64,000 nt of DNA from Antedon mediterranea (GCF_964355755.1 NC_092679.1:13003432-13067431), one strand, 5' to 3'; shown: positions 24,314 to 37,900, numbered from the stretch's first letter. Translations and numbers: made by a program. Notes: generated by a model not told the origin, from the sequence alone.

Positions 24314-25117
24314 CATCATTCACAGTGTTAACTACTCTATACAATTTAGTATCATCTGCAAACATGCGTACAGAGGAAGAAATAACAGAAGGTAAATCAT
24401 TTATAAACATAATGAAAAGAACAGGTCCAACGACGCTTCCTTGCGGGATACCACTACGAACATCAGCCCAATCTGAAACACATCCATTGACACTAACCCG
24501 TTGTTGTCTATCGTTAAGAAATTCTTCAAACCAGTTTAGAAGTTTACCTCTAATACCCAATGCACTCATTTTCAGAAGGAGTCTATGATGAGGCACACCA
24601 TCGAAAGCCTTCTTGTAGTCAAGGTAGATACAATCAAAACAATCCTGATTATCAAAATAAGAAAACCAGTTTTCAAGAACATCAAGTAATTGTAAAGCAC
24701 AGGAACGACCTTGCCGGAAACCAAATTGCTCATAACAAATAAGTGAGTGATGTTCAAGAAAGTCCAATAATTCCTTCCTGATAATTCTCTCCATAATTTT
24801 AACAACTACCGAAGTTAAACTCACAGGTCTATAGTTGCTTGGGTCAGACTTCACTCCTTTTTTAAAAATCGGTACCACTGTAGCCCGTTTCCAACTATTA
24901 GGGACGGCTCCTTCTTGAAACAATTTCGTAAAAATAATATGGAGGGGGTAGCAAATGATATCCTTTAGTTCGACTAAGATGCGTGGGTGAATACCATCAG
25001 GTCCAGCTGTTTTAGTAATATTCAACGTTGATAAAATATTTAAGATTTCGTCACAAGGAAAGCAACTTGTGTTGCCTTCAGGCTATATTATTATATTTTA
25101 TACCACATTCGGGCCAG

Positions 25118-25380
25118 TTGTATTGCCTCAAGCTTTTTATGTTGCCTCAGGGCTGTTTATGTTGCCTCCGGGCTTTGTATTGCCTCCGGCCAATTTAGTA
25201 TTTACTATTTAGTATTGTATTGCCTCCGGGCTGTTTGTGTTGCCTACGGGCTGTTTGTGTTGCCTCCGGGCTATTTGTGTTGCCTCTGGGCTATTTGTGT
25301 TGCCTCCGGGCTATTTGTGTTTCCTCCGGGCTGTTTGTGTTACCTCCGGGCTATTTAGTATTTGTATTGCCCCCGGACTA
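25118..25380. repeat. 20-bp minisatellite (TGCCTCCGGGCTRTTTGTGT)n
   Basis: About a dozen degenerate copies, near-perfect at 25221-25355. Confidence 0.9.
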
Positions 25381-25454
25381 ATCCTATCAGCTGTTTTCTC
25401 GGTTGGTTGATGGCGTCCCAATAATAACATAAGTTTTAGATACCTTTTCAGATA

Positions 25455-27300
25455 ATGCCTAAAGCCAAACCTAGCCGTTTAGCATCTAAGGCTGCGGCAG
25501 CAACCAAGAAATCTATAACAGGTCGTTAGGCAAGTTCGCTTCAAATTGACTACACCAAATTGGCAGCCGGTGATGCAAACATAAGCCACTGACCACCAAC
25601 AGCCAGAGAATCAGTCACCCAAGGAGCTGACAATCCACTGGTCCCCACAACTAGTATAGTTGATCACGCTTTGTCAATGTCCGACTCAATAGAATTGGAC
25701 AATAATGTCACGGCAGCCGGAAGAAATAAGATTTGGACTGACACATACATTGACTTAAGGGTACTACTCAACAACGACATAGAACCAACTGGTGTCTCTT
25801 TTGTGGTGGTCGAAAAACAACTTAAGTTAGACACTGACAATAACAAAACGAAAGTTTTATGTATTACAGAATGGATGCGTGCATTTACGGTGTACATGTC
25901 TATCACCGAGCGAGTGCCCGGCTTTGCTAAAATATTCCAGTAACATTCTCGAGCTCCATGCCTTAGGGAATGTCAACTGGCGATCGTATGATGAGGGCTT
26001 CCGAAGAGCACGACAAGGTGGTCGTCTGGAGTGGGAAATCCTCCATCCCGAACTTATGTTAAAGCTAGCGTCATTGGGAAATGTTAACTCAAAAGGTAAC
26101 TCGCGTTTCCCAGGTCAACAGAATTTTCGTCGGCAACGGGTATGTTACGCATTTAACGCCGGACAACCATGTCAAGCCCAAAACTGTATTTACACCCACG
26201 TCTGGTCCATTTGCCGATACCCACATCCCCAAACACAATGCCTTAATAAAAGGGAGTCAGCGGCTAATCCGGGCGCCGAAACAGTTCCTCGCCGGCAATG
26301 GTAAATGAATTGAAACGGTTTTTAGTGGGTTATGAACGTGAGCTTTTTCGAGAAATAGTTAATGGATTCTCATTTGGTTTTTGCCTTCTTTGCGCAAATT
26401 CTCCTACCCCATGTAGCGGCACTAGGCGCTTTGTCAGTGTCCGACTCAATAGAATTCGGCAATAATGTCACGGCGGCCGAAAGAAATAAGATTTGGACTG
26501 ACACATACATTGACTTAAGGGTACTACTCAACAACGACATAGAATCGACTGGCTTCTTCTTTGTGGTGGTCGAAAAACAACTTAAGTTAGACACTGACAA
26601 TAACAAACAGAAAGTTTTATCTATTACAGAATGGATGCGTGCATTTACGGTGTACAGTACATGTCTATTGTAAAAAAAATCACCGAGCGAGTGCTTGGCT
26701 TTGCTAAAATATGCCAGTAACATTCTCGAGATCCATGCCTTAGGGAATGTCAACTGGCGATCGTATGATGAGGGCTTCAAAAAGGCACGACAAGGTGCTC
26801 GTCTGAAGTGGGAAATCCTCCATCCCGAACTTATGTTAAAGCTAGCGTCATTGGGAAATGTTAACCCCAAAGGGAACTCGTGTTTCCCAGGTCAACAGCA
26901 TTTTCGTCGGCAACGGGTATGTTACGCATTTAATGCCGGACAACCATGCCCAAAACTGTATTTACATCCACCTGTCGATATCCACATCCCAGAACATCAT
27001 GCATTAAGAAAAGTCCGGGAGTCAGCGGCCAATCCGGGCGCCGAAACAGTTTCCAAACAAGCACGACTTCCAACGTCGGCAATGGTAAATGAATTGAAAC
27101 GCTTTTTAGTGGGTTATGAACGTGAGTTCTTTTCAGAAATAGTTAATGGATTCTCTGTTAGTTTTCGAGTTCTTTGTCCAAATCCTAATACCCCAGGCAC
27201 GCAATCACCTGAATGCTATAAAACTTCCTTAACAAATAGAAGAATTTATAACAAAAGGTTTGAACCTCGGTAGGTTAGCCGGTCCATTCCCGTGTCCTTC
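25455..27300 (+). mobile_element. Ngaro/DIRS-type tyrosine-recombinase retrotransposon relic (gag plus RT start) with a 760-bp internal tandem duplication
   Basis: KIWTDTYIDLRVLL, ITEWMRAFTVYM, WRSYDEGFR, CYAFNAGQPC..C...H zinc finger, VNGF..GF, GRLAGPFP; copies begin 25667 and 26427. Confidence 0.8.
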
Positions 27301-27329
27301 CATACAAACTTGTTAGGCGCGGCTATTCA

Positions 27330-27900
27330 CCGTATCTCCATGTGGCGACAGAGACATTCTGAACCTTTTAAGATCTTCGAGATGTTATCGGTGGATTGCG
27401 TCTTTGGCGAAAAGTGGTCCGAAAAATCAAAGAGAACAAATTGAACAAGGTAAAACAGCCCAAAGTATACACTCGGAAGCAAAGGATCTAGTGGGTATAG
27501 ACACCAAGGCCGATCTTACCAGGACAAACATAATATCCGATATGAACAAGAAAAAGTTGTCTATAACAGATTAAACATGGCAAATCTAAAAACCTAGTAG
27601 ACAACCATTACCAAAAAACTACACAACCAAAAACAATAGTTCGATTTGGTACCAGATTGCTCTCGTTCTTATCAATCCGGGGAAATACAATTCTACATAA
27701 ACGATTGGGACAAAATTCTATGGATACGACAAACAGTTTACAGGATCGAATTCTATCGTTATGTAAAATCAGACAGCTTCAGACAAATGAAGTTTATCCG
27801 TCTTTTTGTCCTATCATTGGGTTTATCGACAGCCCCTGGTGTATTTACAAAACTAATGAAAATAGTCGTGGCTCGTCGGTCAAGAGAAACCTTGATTTTC
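27330..27900 (+). mobile_element. DIRS1-like RT fragment
   Basis: W.KI..WI.QTV.YRIEF and LSLGLSTAPGVFTKLMKIVV (LPFGL..AP.VFTK motif). Confidence 0.6.
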
Positions 27901-28074
27901 ACTGACAGAATGAAAATCAGGATATGGATTAACTATGAAGTTTCATAGGCTATTAAAGCGATGACAAATTTCCAATGGAATATTTCTAACCTTTTCTTTC
28001 ATACGATTAGGGAAAAGTTACTTGCCTTTTGTCGATAACCACAAGATAATGATACTATCCAGACTTTCAAACTA

Positions 28075-31000
28075 TAAAAAATTAAAAGGGGAGCCATATC
28101 TACATTCATGAAAACCTTACGAGCAAAAGATCAAGTTTACTACGTACTGTAAAGCAAAACTATGCATCAGTGGTATCTGCAGTTTGGACACAAGATGGTC
28201 GCATACATACCATAATCACTGGCAGTAACGAGAAAGTTGTTTTATCCAGAACTTCCGATCTTAAACAATTACCTAAATATAAAAGGTAATGTGTAAGAGA
28301 ATTTTAAATGTCCTAAATTTGTATTGTATTTTATGTAGATAAGATGATTTTAGATTTTATTTGTAACGCATGTAATAAACCATTAAAACCAATTCAATTG
28401 TTAAACGAACATCGTACGGGAAGCCTTTTAGACAACGACGTAGACGACGCTGAATTACGTAACGACTCTATTGTTTATCCTGCTTTTGGCATACTATGCA
28501 AATTATGCGAGATTGATTGTACAAAGGGTTTTAAAATTGGTCATTTAAATTTCAGAAGTCTCTATAATAAGGTGGACCATGTTCGGAGTTTACTTTCGGA
28601 ATGCCGTTTCCATGTCTTAGGAATTAGTGAAACCTGGCTAGATCAAAATATACATAATAGTGAACTTGCAATCCCAGGATACCTATTAGTTACAACAGAC
28701 AGAAATAGACACGGAGGTGGGGTGGCTATCTATGTAAACGAAAATGTTGATTTTAATGTCATTGACTTTGGTGAAAATACAATTGAATCGGTATGGATAA
28801 AAATTAAGCCGGTTAACACTAAACCGTTCGTTATAGGTAATGTTTATAGACCACCAAATTCGTGTACTGGATTTGTTGATATAATGCATGATCAAATATC
28901 TTTTATACTAGATAGTATAAGAGAGATTATTGTTGTTGGTGACTTAAATTGGAATATATTTGATAAACAGCATTCTCGGAACATTAAAACCCTCCACCAA
29001 ATTTTCCAATTAAACCAGTATATTAAAACTCCAACGCGCGTAACGGAAAACAGTAGTAGTTGTATTGATTTAATTTTTTCAAATAGGGATGACTTTATAA
29101 GCAAAACTGGAGTTGTACCAATTGGAATTAGCGATCACTCATTGATATATGCAATACGTAAAAAAATTAAAATAAAATTGCCCCCGCGTATTTTACATAC
29201 GAGAACCTTCCGGAAATTTAACGAAGATTTGTTTATTTTTGATCTTGCATCTGCTCCGTGGAGTATTTGTGAGGCGTCCGAGGATGCTGACGAGGCTTGG
29301 GACATTTGGAAACACATTTTTACTGATATTTGTGATATTCATGCTCCTATGGTGACGGTCAGGAGGAAGGGAACTGATATTCCATGGCTTACAGACGAAT
29401 TTGTTTCCCTTTCTCGTAACCGTGATTATTTAAAACAAAAAGCCGAAAAAACTAAGAACATAGATGATTGGAATTCTTACAAAAAGGCAAGAAATAAATT
29501 AAATAATTTGTCTAAATCACTAAAACGCGACTATATAAATAATAAATTAAAGGATAATGTTAATGACACTAAAACATTATGGAAAACCATGAAAGACTTT
29601 TTACCCAATAAAAAGAAACAAACTAAAACAACTCTCAATGTAAACGGTAATGAAATAAACAATCCAACTGATATTGCTAATCATTTTAATAAATATTTTT
29701 GTTCAATTTCTAATGAACTTGCATCCCATTTTAATGACAACCAAAACGATATTACCGTTGAATCGTTATCACAATTTCAACAACGTTTCAACTTTAAAGA
29801 TATTAATGGAAATGAAATTGAAGCTTTGTTGGAAAAGTTAGAAATTGGAAAAGCTACTGGAATTGATCGGGATTTCCGCTAGGTTACTTAAAATTGCATC
29901 TTCACAAATTTCTCAAAGTCTTGCCTTTTTGTTTAACTGGTCATTAAGATCTGGTGTTATTCCAAGTGAATGGAAATGTGCTAAGGTTACTCCGCTTTAT
30001 AAAGGAGGATGTAAACATGAACTTAACAACTACCGTCCAATATCTGTTATACCTATTGTTATGAAAGTTTTTGAAAGATGCATCCATAATCAAGTTATGA
30101 ATCATATAAATGAGTTTAATTTATTATGTAAAAATCAATCTGGTTTTAGGTCGTTACATTCAACTTCTACTACACTGATAGATGTATGCAATTATATATA
30201 TATATAAATATTGATAATGGCTTGGTAACTGGAGCAATTTTTCTTGACCTAAAAAAGGCGTTTGATACGGTAGACCACGATATTTTATTACGTAAATTAT
30301 GCACCTTTGGAATGATAAACACTGAGCTTGCATGGTTCAGTAATTATTTAAAAAATCGCAAACAATTTGTTAATTTTAATGGAAAAAAATCTGAAATTTT
30401 AAATGTCAACTATGGGGTACCACAAGGCTCAATTCTTGGCCCTTTGTTGTTTATTTTATACATAAATGACTTACATGATAGTGTTGATGGGATTTGTAAA
30501 ACCGTCCTCTATGCAGACGACACTGCGCTTTTTTATGCATGTAAATCAAATGAAGAGCTTACAACAGTTTTAACTGAACAGTTGGAAAATGTAAAACAAT
30601 GGTTAGATAAACATAAATTAACTCTAAACATTGATAAAACCAAATACATGCTTTTTGGTACTCATGCACGTGTTAATAAAACAACAGATGAAACAGTAAT
30701 TTTTGATAACATTCCGATTGAGAAAGTTGAAACGTTTAAATATTTGGGACTTACATTTGATGAACAACTCTCATGGAAAGTACATATTGATTATATATGT
30801 GCAAAACTATCAAAAATTCTATATCTATTTTATAGATTGAAAAGTTTTACATCTCCTAAAATTATTAAAAGATTATAGGCCTACAATGCTCTATTTTTAT
30901 CACATATTGACTATTGTTCACCAGTCTGGGGTACTGGTTCAAACGCCCATATTTTAAAATTGCAAAGGGTACAAAATAGAGCTGCACGATTAATACTAGG

Positions 31001-31533
31001 TGCTGATATTCGAACTCCTGTTAGACAAATGCATTATGATTTAGGTTGGCTAACAATTAAGACAAGAATTGAATATCATACAATTTGTACAATATTTAGA
31101 TGTTTACAAGAATTTGTACCTTCATACTTATGTGATGTTTTGCAATATATTAGTAGTGTACACAATATTCAAACCAGAAACTATGAAAATAATCTGTTGT
31201 ATTTGCCCAGATGTAACCTCGAAATATACAAACGTAGTTTTGTTTATTATGGAAGTTCACTCTGGAATGGCCTACCTTATGAATTAAGAAAACAAAACAA
31301 TTATAACCGTTTTAAATCACTTCTTAAGATTCATTTATTGTTGCCGGTGGTCTAGGATGGTTCCAGTGAAATATATTTAAATATGGTATAAAAGTTATAA
31401 TAATGAGAACATGCATTGAAGTTTAGTTTTCAAATTTTGTTTAAATGTGCCGTAGGGCCCCTCGGAAGAGCAGTTTATTTTATTACTGAGAGGGCTACCC
31501 TACTGAAAGAAAACGAAATAAAATAAAAATAAA
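28075..31533 (+). mobile_element. L2/CR1-group (Crack/Daphne-like) LINE: ORF1 C-terminus, full ORF2 (APE + RT) with three lesions, 3'UTR
   Basis: ORF1 tail IYIHENLT...WTQDGRI* (28098-28289). ORF2 28344-31355: GHLNFRSL, GISETWL, GGGVAIYV, YRPP, GDLN, IDLIF, SDH; NYRPIS, QSGFR, FLDLKKAFD, GVPQGSILGP, YADDT, YLG. Lesions at ~29870, ~30200 and 30876. A-rich tail ~31515-31533. Confidence 0.95.
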
Positions 31534-31631
31534 CATATGTTATATTATCTCGATATAACAAGGCCTATTTTTATGAACTTCTGAAATGTCTTTATACACA
31601 CCAACTAGAAAGCAGATCCTCATATTGTTTA

Positions 31632-33610
31632 TGGGGCATTCCACACAATTTGGTCCGTGAGTTGAAAAATTTCATTTGCCAAAGTAGATATGTTGAAGTT
31701 TAATAAATATTTTTTTTTTTATATGCTAACATTTATTTTTTCAAGTTATTGAATATTAAATATGATATATTTGGCGTTACGGATGGGACATTTTATAATC
31801 TAGCTAGTTATTTCATAAATTATTATTTAACAGATATAGTTACTTTGTGTCCTTATTGTACATAATTAACTAATTTTTAAAAAATATTTGTTTATTAATT
31901 TCATACAGGCCTTTTACATTTAAAATTTCCCGTCCGCGACGTTTGAGTGGTTTTTTTTACATTTATTTGAAAAGTAATAAAAAAAAATTGCTATTTATTT
32001 TTCTCCTCCTAGGGGTTATATCTCTTCAGATTATAAAAATATTTTTTTTGACATTTTCATATTTTGGTGAAAATATTACATTTCAAAAATATATCGTTAC
32101 GGACGGGACATTTTGTTACGGACGGGACATATCATTATTTTCACAATTAACAGGTGTTTTTTTGTAACTGTAAGGTAGATTTTGGTAGCACAAATGAGTT
32201 AATTGTTATCTATTAGACGGTGACAAGGCATTGTGGTTGCATAACACAATAACAATAAACTTAAAGAACAATACCCGGGGAAACTTTTGAGCAATAAACA
32301 AAGTGTTGTTGATCAATTAACATAAAATAATTAACCTTATACATTCAGGCAGAATTCAACTTAAATCATTCTTGTTTAAATGTTAGTCATGAAAACATAC
32401 TGATCATGGAAAACGCAAAGACTAGTGCAGAAAGAACAAGAGCTTGCAGAGTGCGTATACGAAATAATATACCAGCCTGTGAAGTGTGTCTTAAATTAGA
32501 CCGAAAACGAAAGGAGAGAAAAGCAAAAAAAAAAACAACGACAAGTTAACTGAATTTGAATGGGTAAAGAAGGAATGAAGAGCGGTTAAGGAAGAAATTG
32601 AGAGAGCTGAACGCAAATGAAACAAGTCTCAAATTGTCAACACAGTGTATGGTAGCAGAAGCAGTTATGGCAAGGCCAAAGCTCGTGCAGCCCTTCCTAC
32701 AACTCCAAACAGACAGGCAACAATTGTAGATGGTATCGTTGAAGATATGACGCCCACAAAACGTAAGAGAATTGCGGACGTCATAGACAAAAGAGCTGCA
32801 AATCGTCGCCTTATTGAAGGATACACACAATAAAGAAAGAAAAGATTCTCTTACAGAAGATGATTTGACAAAAGTTGTGAACTTTTATGAACAAGATGAT
32901 ATTAGTCGTATGTGTCCAGGGAAGAAAGAGTTTGTGTCGGTTGAAACAGAGACAGGGCGTGTCCACAAACAGAAACGAATGATGATGATGATGAACATCA
33001 GTGAAGCTCATCAGTTATACCTTGCTAGTGATAGTGAAATGTGGACTTTCAAAATTAAAACTAGTCAGAGAGACCATGAGGTGTGTTTATGCCGGTATCA
33101 TGAAGATCTCGAGATGTTGATTATTGGGGTCCGTAAAGTTGTACCTACATTGTAGTTTTGAAAGTCACAGTGTGCTCAATGGATAATGAAAAATGTATTG
33201 ATCGCCAGTGTCAAGACTGTGGTACCTCCCTCCTTATCAATTTGTTTAATGATGTTGACGAGAATGCCTTTGTTTCATACTATCAATAGGTTACAGAAGA
33301 TGGGCGAACATATAAATCATTACTTAAGACTGATCTTTATTCAGCAAGAGAAGGAATGGTTTCCCAGCTACAGAAATTTGCTCGTTATGTTTATAATGCA
33401 AAAAGACAACACATGGAGCCCAAAACCTTAAAAGCACAACTGGAACCCGGTGAAATTATATTACATGAAGATTTTGCTTTGAAGTATCAAAGAGAAATCA
33501 TGTAGGCTCACTGGTCCTGGCGTTACACTACTAACTGCCATTATTTACTTCAGACTAGACGAAGAACTCAAGCATGTCACGTACACAGTAATATCAGATG
33601 AAAATACATG
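31632..33610 (+). mobile_element. Sola2-type DNA transposon relic
   Basis: FYEQDDISRMCPGKKE...KQKR, VCLCRYHE, LHEDFA..YQREIM*AHWS; subterminal GTTACGGA(C/T)GGGACAT repeats at ~31777, 32097, 32114; boundaries approximate. Confidence 0.75.
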
Positions 33611-34061
33611 AAATTATTTGTACCATTCCACTCATAAACATTTAATTATTTGTATACTATTCCATCATTATTTCAGCCATTATCAGCCTACTGCAGAGCG
33701 AAAACCTCCACAAGCTGAACCTTTCCTGTCCTGTGCAGCTCTCATCCAGGATATGCAAGCAAATGCTACAATCGGACTTCTCTATTGCCAATATATGCCC
33801 TAAAATGTTATTTATACTGAAACTGTAGGGGTCTCTTTATATTTGGAGTGATCTCCCAGCTAAAAATACAATATCCGAATTTGGCTATACTGTACAAAAC
33901 ACATAGATGTGCATAATTTTACTAATTTAGACTTTGCTACTAATATAGGTCCTTTTGATTAACTAATGGTGGAAAATGTGTTGCCAATTCACAAAGGAAT
34001 ATAAAATGCCACACAGAAGTACCTGCCATTGCATACTATAGATGCCGATGATTATCTAATT

Positions 34062-34819
34062 CGCTGTTCCGCAACCTATGGGTCGCGACCCAATGTTTGG
34101 GTGGCGAAAAAAAATTGTTTCCGATACTGAACCTTTTTATCAATTGTACACTGATCTATATGTGAAATGCTCTCAGTTTTGTAGAATCTACAACACTGTT
34201 GACTACATATGTTGACTCGCGGCGAGTACCGTAGTGTACACACAATTGGGAATCGACAAAAGGGCAATGGACGCTTTTGACGCATAGTTCGTTGTTAATA
34301 TAAGTGGGGAATCCCCTTTTAGGATGTGGATTTAATAATCTTTAATTTAATAATAATTTTTCTGTAGTTTGTAAAGGAGTGTGTAACTTGACTGAAAACC
34401 TGCGAACTTTTACAATGAACATTAGAATAATAGAAAGAACAATATAAACATGTCCATCCCAAATTACACTCATAGCGATGTTGTTCAGGCCCTAGCCAGG
34501 GGAAATCTTTATGGGTCAGGAGAACCTCTTGGCATTAGCATTGAATGCAAATGTGTTTAGAGGCGGAAAAAGTAAGCTACGATCGTTTTGCCAATTGCGA
34601 GTGTGCTATTATTAGAGTGTCATTTCCGGCCAACCGGAGGTGCCATTTATCCTGATTTTTAAGTGTAAGAGTACCATTTCCAGCCATCTAGGGGTGTAAT
34701 TTAACAAATTGCCACAGGCCCCCACCACGGGGGTTTAAGCTAAAATACGCAATGTTGGGTGGCGAGAATTCTCAAAATATGATCATGGGATCACGGTCAA
34801 AAAAGGTTGTGTAACGCTG
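34062..34819. mobile_element. hAT/Charlie-like MITE
   Basis: 8-bp TSD ATCTAATT (34054-34061, 34820-34827); imperfect TIRs C..(T/C)GTT.C.CAACCT; GGGTCGCGACCC subterminal palindrome. Confidence 0.8.
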
Positions 34820-34920
34820 ATCTAATTAGAACACTCTGTCCAAGTTAGGACCTCTTTATCCTGCTGGTTACATATTACATACATTTTAGTGTATATTGAA
34901 CAATAGTATGTTATTGTTAT

Positions 34921-37900
34921 CTATAGTCTTGATTGCACTGTATTCAGCTGCAGGCATTGAAGAACTAATTGTGAAGCATCAACTGCACATCCCCAGTGAA
35001 GGGTAATGCCACGAGAAGAATGTCCATAGTTGTGTACAACCTTAAAATGGAAAAACATAAAAGATTATCAAAAAACAACTTTCTTATCTGGATGACCTCT
35101 ACAGTCGGAAAATGTTCTCCCAGAGGGCAACAGTGGAAGATGATCCCATAAGTGATAGTGACTGTGTGACTTCAAAATGCCTTTTTATCGAAAGAATTTT
35201 GGTGACCAATGTTGTGTGTGTGTGTGACAAAAACTTAAATAAGCTAAGAAACATCCAAATTCAATCCATCGATGGGGTTCATGTTAGGATTAAGATTCAT
35301 AAAGAGGAAAATAGTCTCCAAATAAAGAACATTTGTGCATGTTGTTGACTACAAAAAAGGAGTAAATAACGAGTAGGAAAATCAAGTGGACAGCCTGTAA
35401 CGTGTAAGGAAAAAAAGATAAGATACTCATTCTTTCTTATACTGTATGTATCAAATGGTGTTAGACAGGGAGGAGTGATGTCTCCCCATCTGTATAATAT
35501 GTATATAAATGATCTTATCATTAAGCTTAGCAACAGCAAAGAAGGGTGCGAGTTAAATAATATTAAATTTAACAACCTATCGTATGCAGATGACATGGTG
35601 CTTATATCACCTTCTGCATCAGGGTTGCAACATCTAATTATAATTTCTGAATGCTTTGCGGCAAAAATGATATTGTTTACAATGCTAAGAAATCATCTTG
35701 TATGATAATCTGTCCTAAGTCACGGAGGATTCAATTGAAACCTATTATTACCATTAATAGCAAAAGCATATCTTGGTCATGTTATATCATAGGATTTATG
35801 TGATGAGTTTGATATAAAGCGGCAATACAGATCTTTGTGTATCCGAGCCAACTCCTTGGTCAGAAAATTTAGTATGTGTTCTATCAATGTGAAATGTGTT
35901 TTATTTAGAACATATTGTGTAAATATGTGTTGTGCTACATTATGGTGCAACTATAATCAAGGTACCTTGTGATCTCTCCAGGTATGCTACAATAATGGTT
36001 TAAGAATGTTGTTGCAAAGGCCTCGACATTGCAGTACCAGCCTCATGTTTACGGAATGTAGAATTCCCTCTTTTTATGAATTGTTAAGAATATCAATATA
36101 TAGCCTGATGTGTAGACTTAATGCAAGCAAAAATATTTTAATTCCAACGATTATAAGCAACGTCTTAGTTAAGTCGAAGATGCTCTCCAGATGGAATGCC
36201 ATCCTGAGATGAGTAGTAGTAATTTTGTTTATTTTATTTATTTCATTTATATGTAATTTGCTTTCTATGGACCAGAGTTTCCGAAATAAAAGATTGAATG
36301 AATGAATAACATTTGGACAAATTGCAAAAGATAATCATAAGCGAATTCTTTCACTATCCTTAAAGGTGGCAACCACAAACATATACACAGATGCTCTACA
36401 TAAACAAAGTCTGGAATGGAGTTGTAATTTGACCATAGAAAAAATCTAGACAAGTGACAGCTGACCAGGATACTTGTTAAATAAGTAGCCGAGCAACATA
36501 ACCACCAAGCCACAACAATATACTAACATTTATATAGGTGTACAACATATACAACCAAACAACTTACATTTACTTTTTTCCCATTGACAACTATCACTTC
36601 TCGTTCCAGGCGTACCTCTGGTCTCCCTGGACGCAAACCTACCCACTCGTTTATAATATGTGCATGCTAAAGGTAAGTAAATTAGTATACTTTGAATTTT
36701 AAACTATATATATATATATATAACATTGAAAAGCTTATATTGTTTATTCCAGGCCAAGGATAAGGTGAAGAGCAAACTCAAAATACTACAGTAGCATTGG
36801 AGCTCCAACAAGAAAATTGTTCATACATATCAGCTGTTTTTAGTTGCGTGCAAACGCGACTCTACAGCTCATTATGTCGGTCGGTAAACACTAACTCAAA
36901 TTTGAGCACACGACTGCAGCCATGTATATTTTTGGTATTTTTGAAATTTTATGGAACTTTTCCCCAATAGGGTGTAATTAAGGTGATCATGTGATATCTT
37001 TGTGCTCATCATTGGCGATCCACCCTCTCGTGATTATTTTTTACAGGTGAAGGGGATATTTTAATATGCTCTTCAACTGGTGATCATGTTTTAATAACCA
37101 CCAGTATAATACTGGGTTATAAGAGGTTATTACTAAAAGAAAACATCAAATTTAACAAGAGCTGAAAGAAATGGCATGCATTCAAGAAACTTATACCTGC
37201 TTTAGGTCTGTTACACTGAAGCTAGGCCTGTACTGTAGTCTAGCAGTAAGTTTATTTCTGGCACCCAACTAGGCCTACATGATGGTGTGTCACAGCACCT
37301 GCATAAAAGGTGCTTAGGCATTAAAGTTCCCCCATTACTTAACTATATTCTGCAAAGTGAGCACTACATTACATATGTTTATGTAGTTGTGTCCAAAATG
37401 AGAGTTTCTACAATATGCAGAGAAAAATACACACTTACTTTAAGTGATGGATCCATCTTACAAGCCCTTTTCCATATATTTTCTCTGTCCTGGTGATTTA
37501 TTGATAAATCCCAGTTATCATGTTGGTACACTCCACCAACAATAACATCATTAGAACTAAATTAAAAAATCACCAGTACTTTTGTTTGGCACAGTATATA
37601 TTTATGTATGTACTATAAAATAACAGTTAAAACAATAATTTCAAAATTTAAAACCCAGGAAGACTTGACCCATGAGCTTGTTTCGGTCTATTTTGGAGTT
37701 CGGTTTGCAATGATTTACATTTATTTATGTTCCTGAGTACTAAATATGGTGTAGATATGATGGCTCGTGGTGACAATTTAACTATAAAAGTACATAGAAA
37801 ATGTATCTTGATTGTGTAACTCATAAATTAAATGAAGCCTTCCATGGACTACAGTTTTGTAACAATTTGGTCAAAATATGTTCAGTAGCTTGGACAAATT

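Larger units (their letters stand above)
18645..25070 (-). mobile_element. 5'-truncated CR1-clade LINE, split by a Gypsy insertion (LINE parts 18645-19518 and 24314-25070)
   Basis: RT motifs GPDGIHP, NYRPVSLTS, QFGFR, YLDYKKAFD, SGIPQGSVVGP, FADDTKL; continues as DAQVLQEDL...FNEGKCKVMH...TRGHSFKL...WNSL. Stop 18709-18711, 3'UTR hairpin ~18663-18690, (AAACAAGT)n tail 18645-18663. Confidence 0.92.

Noticed and set aside
36310-36520. Possible second SINE on the minus strand (A-box-like GTGGCTTGGTGGTTA)
   Set aside because: No recognisable B box, TSD or second copy
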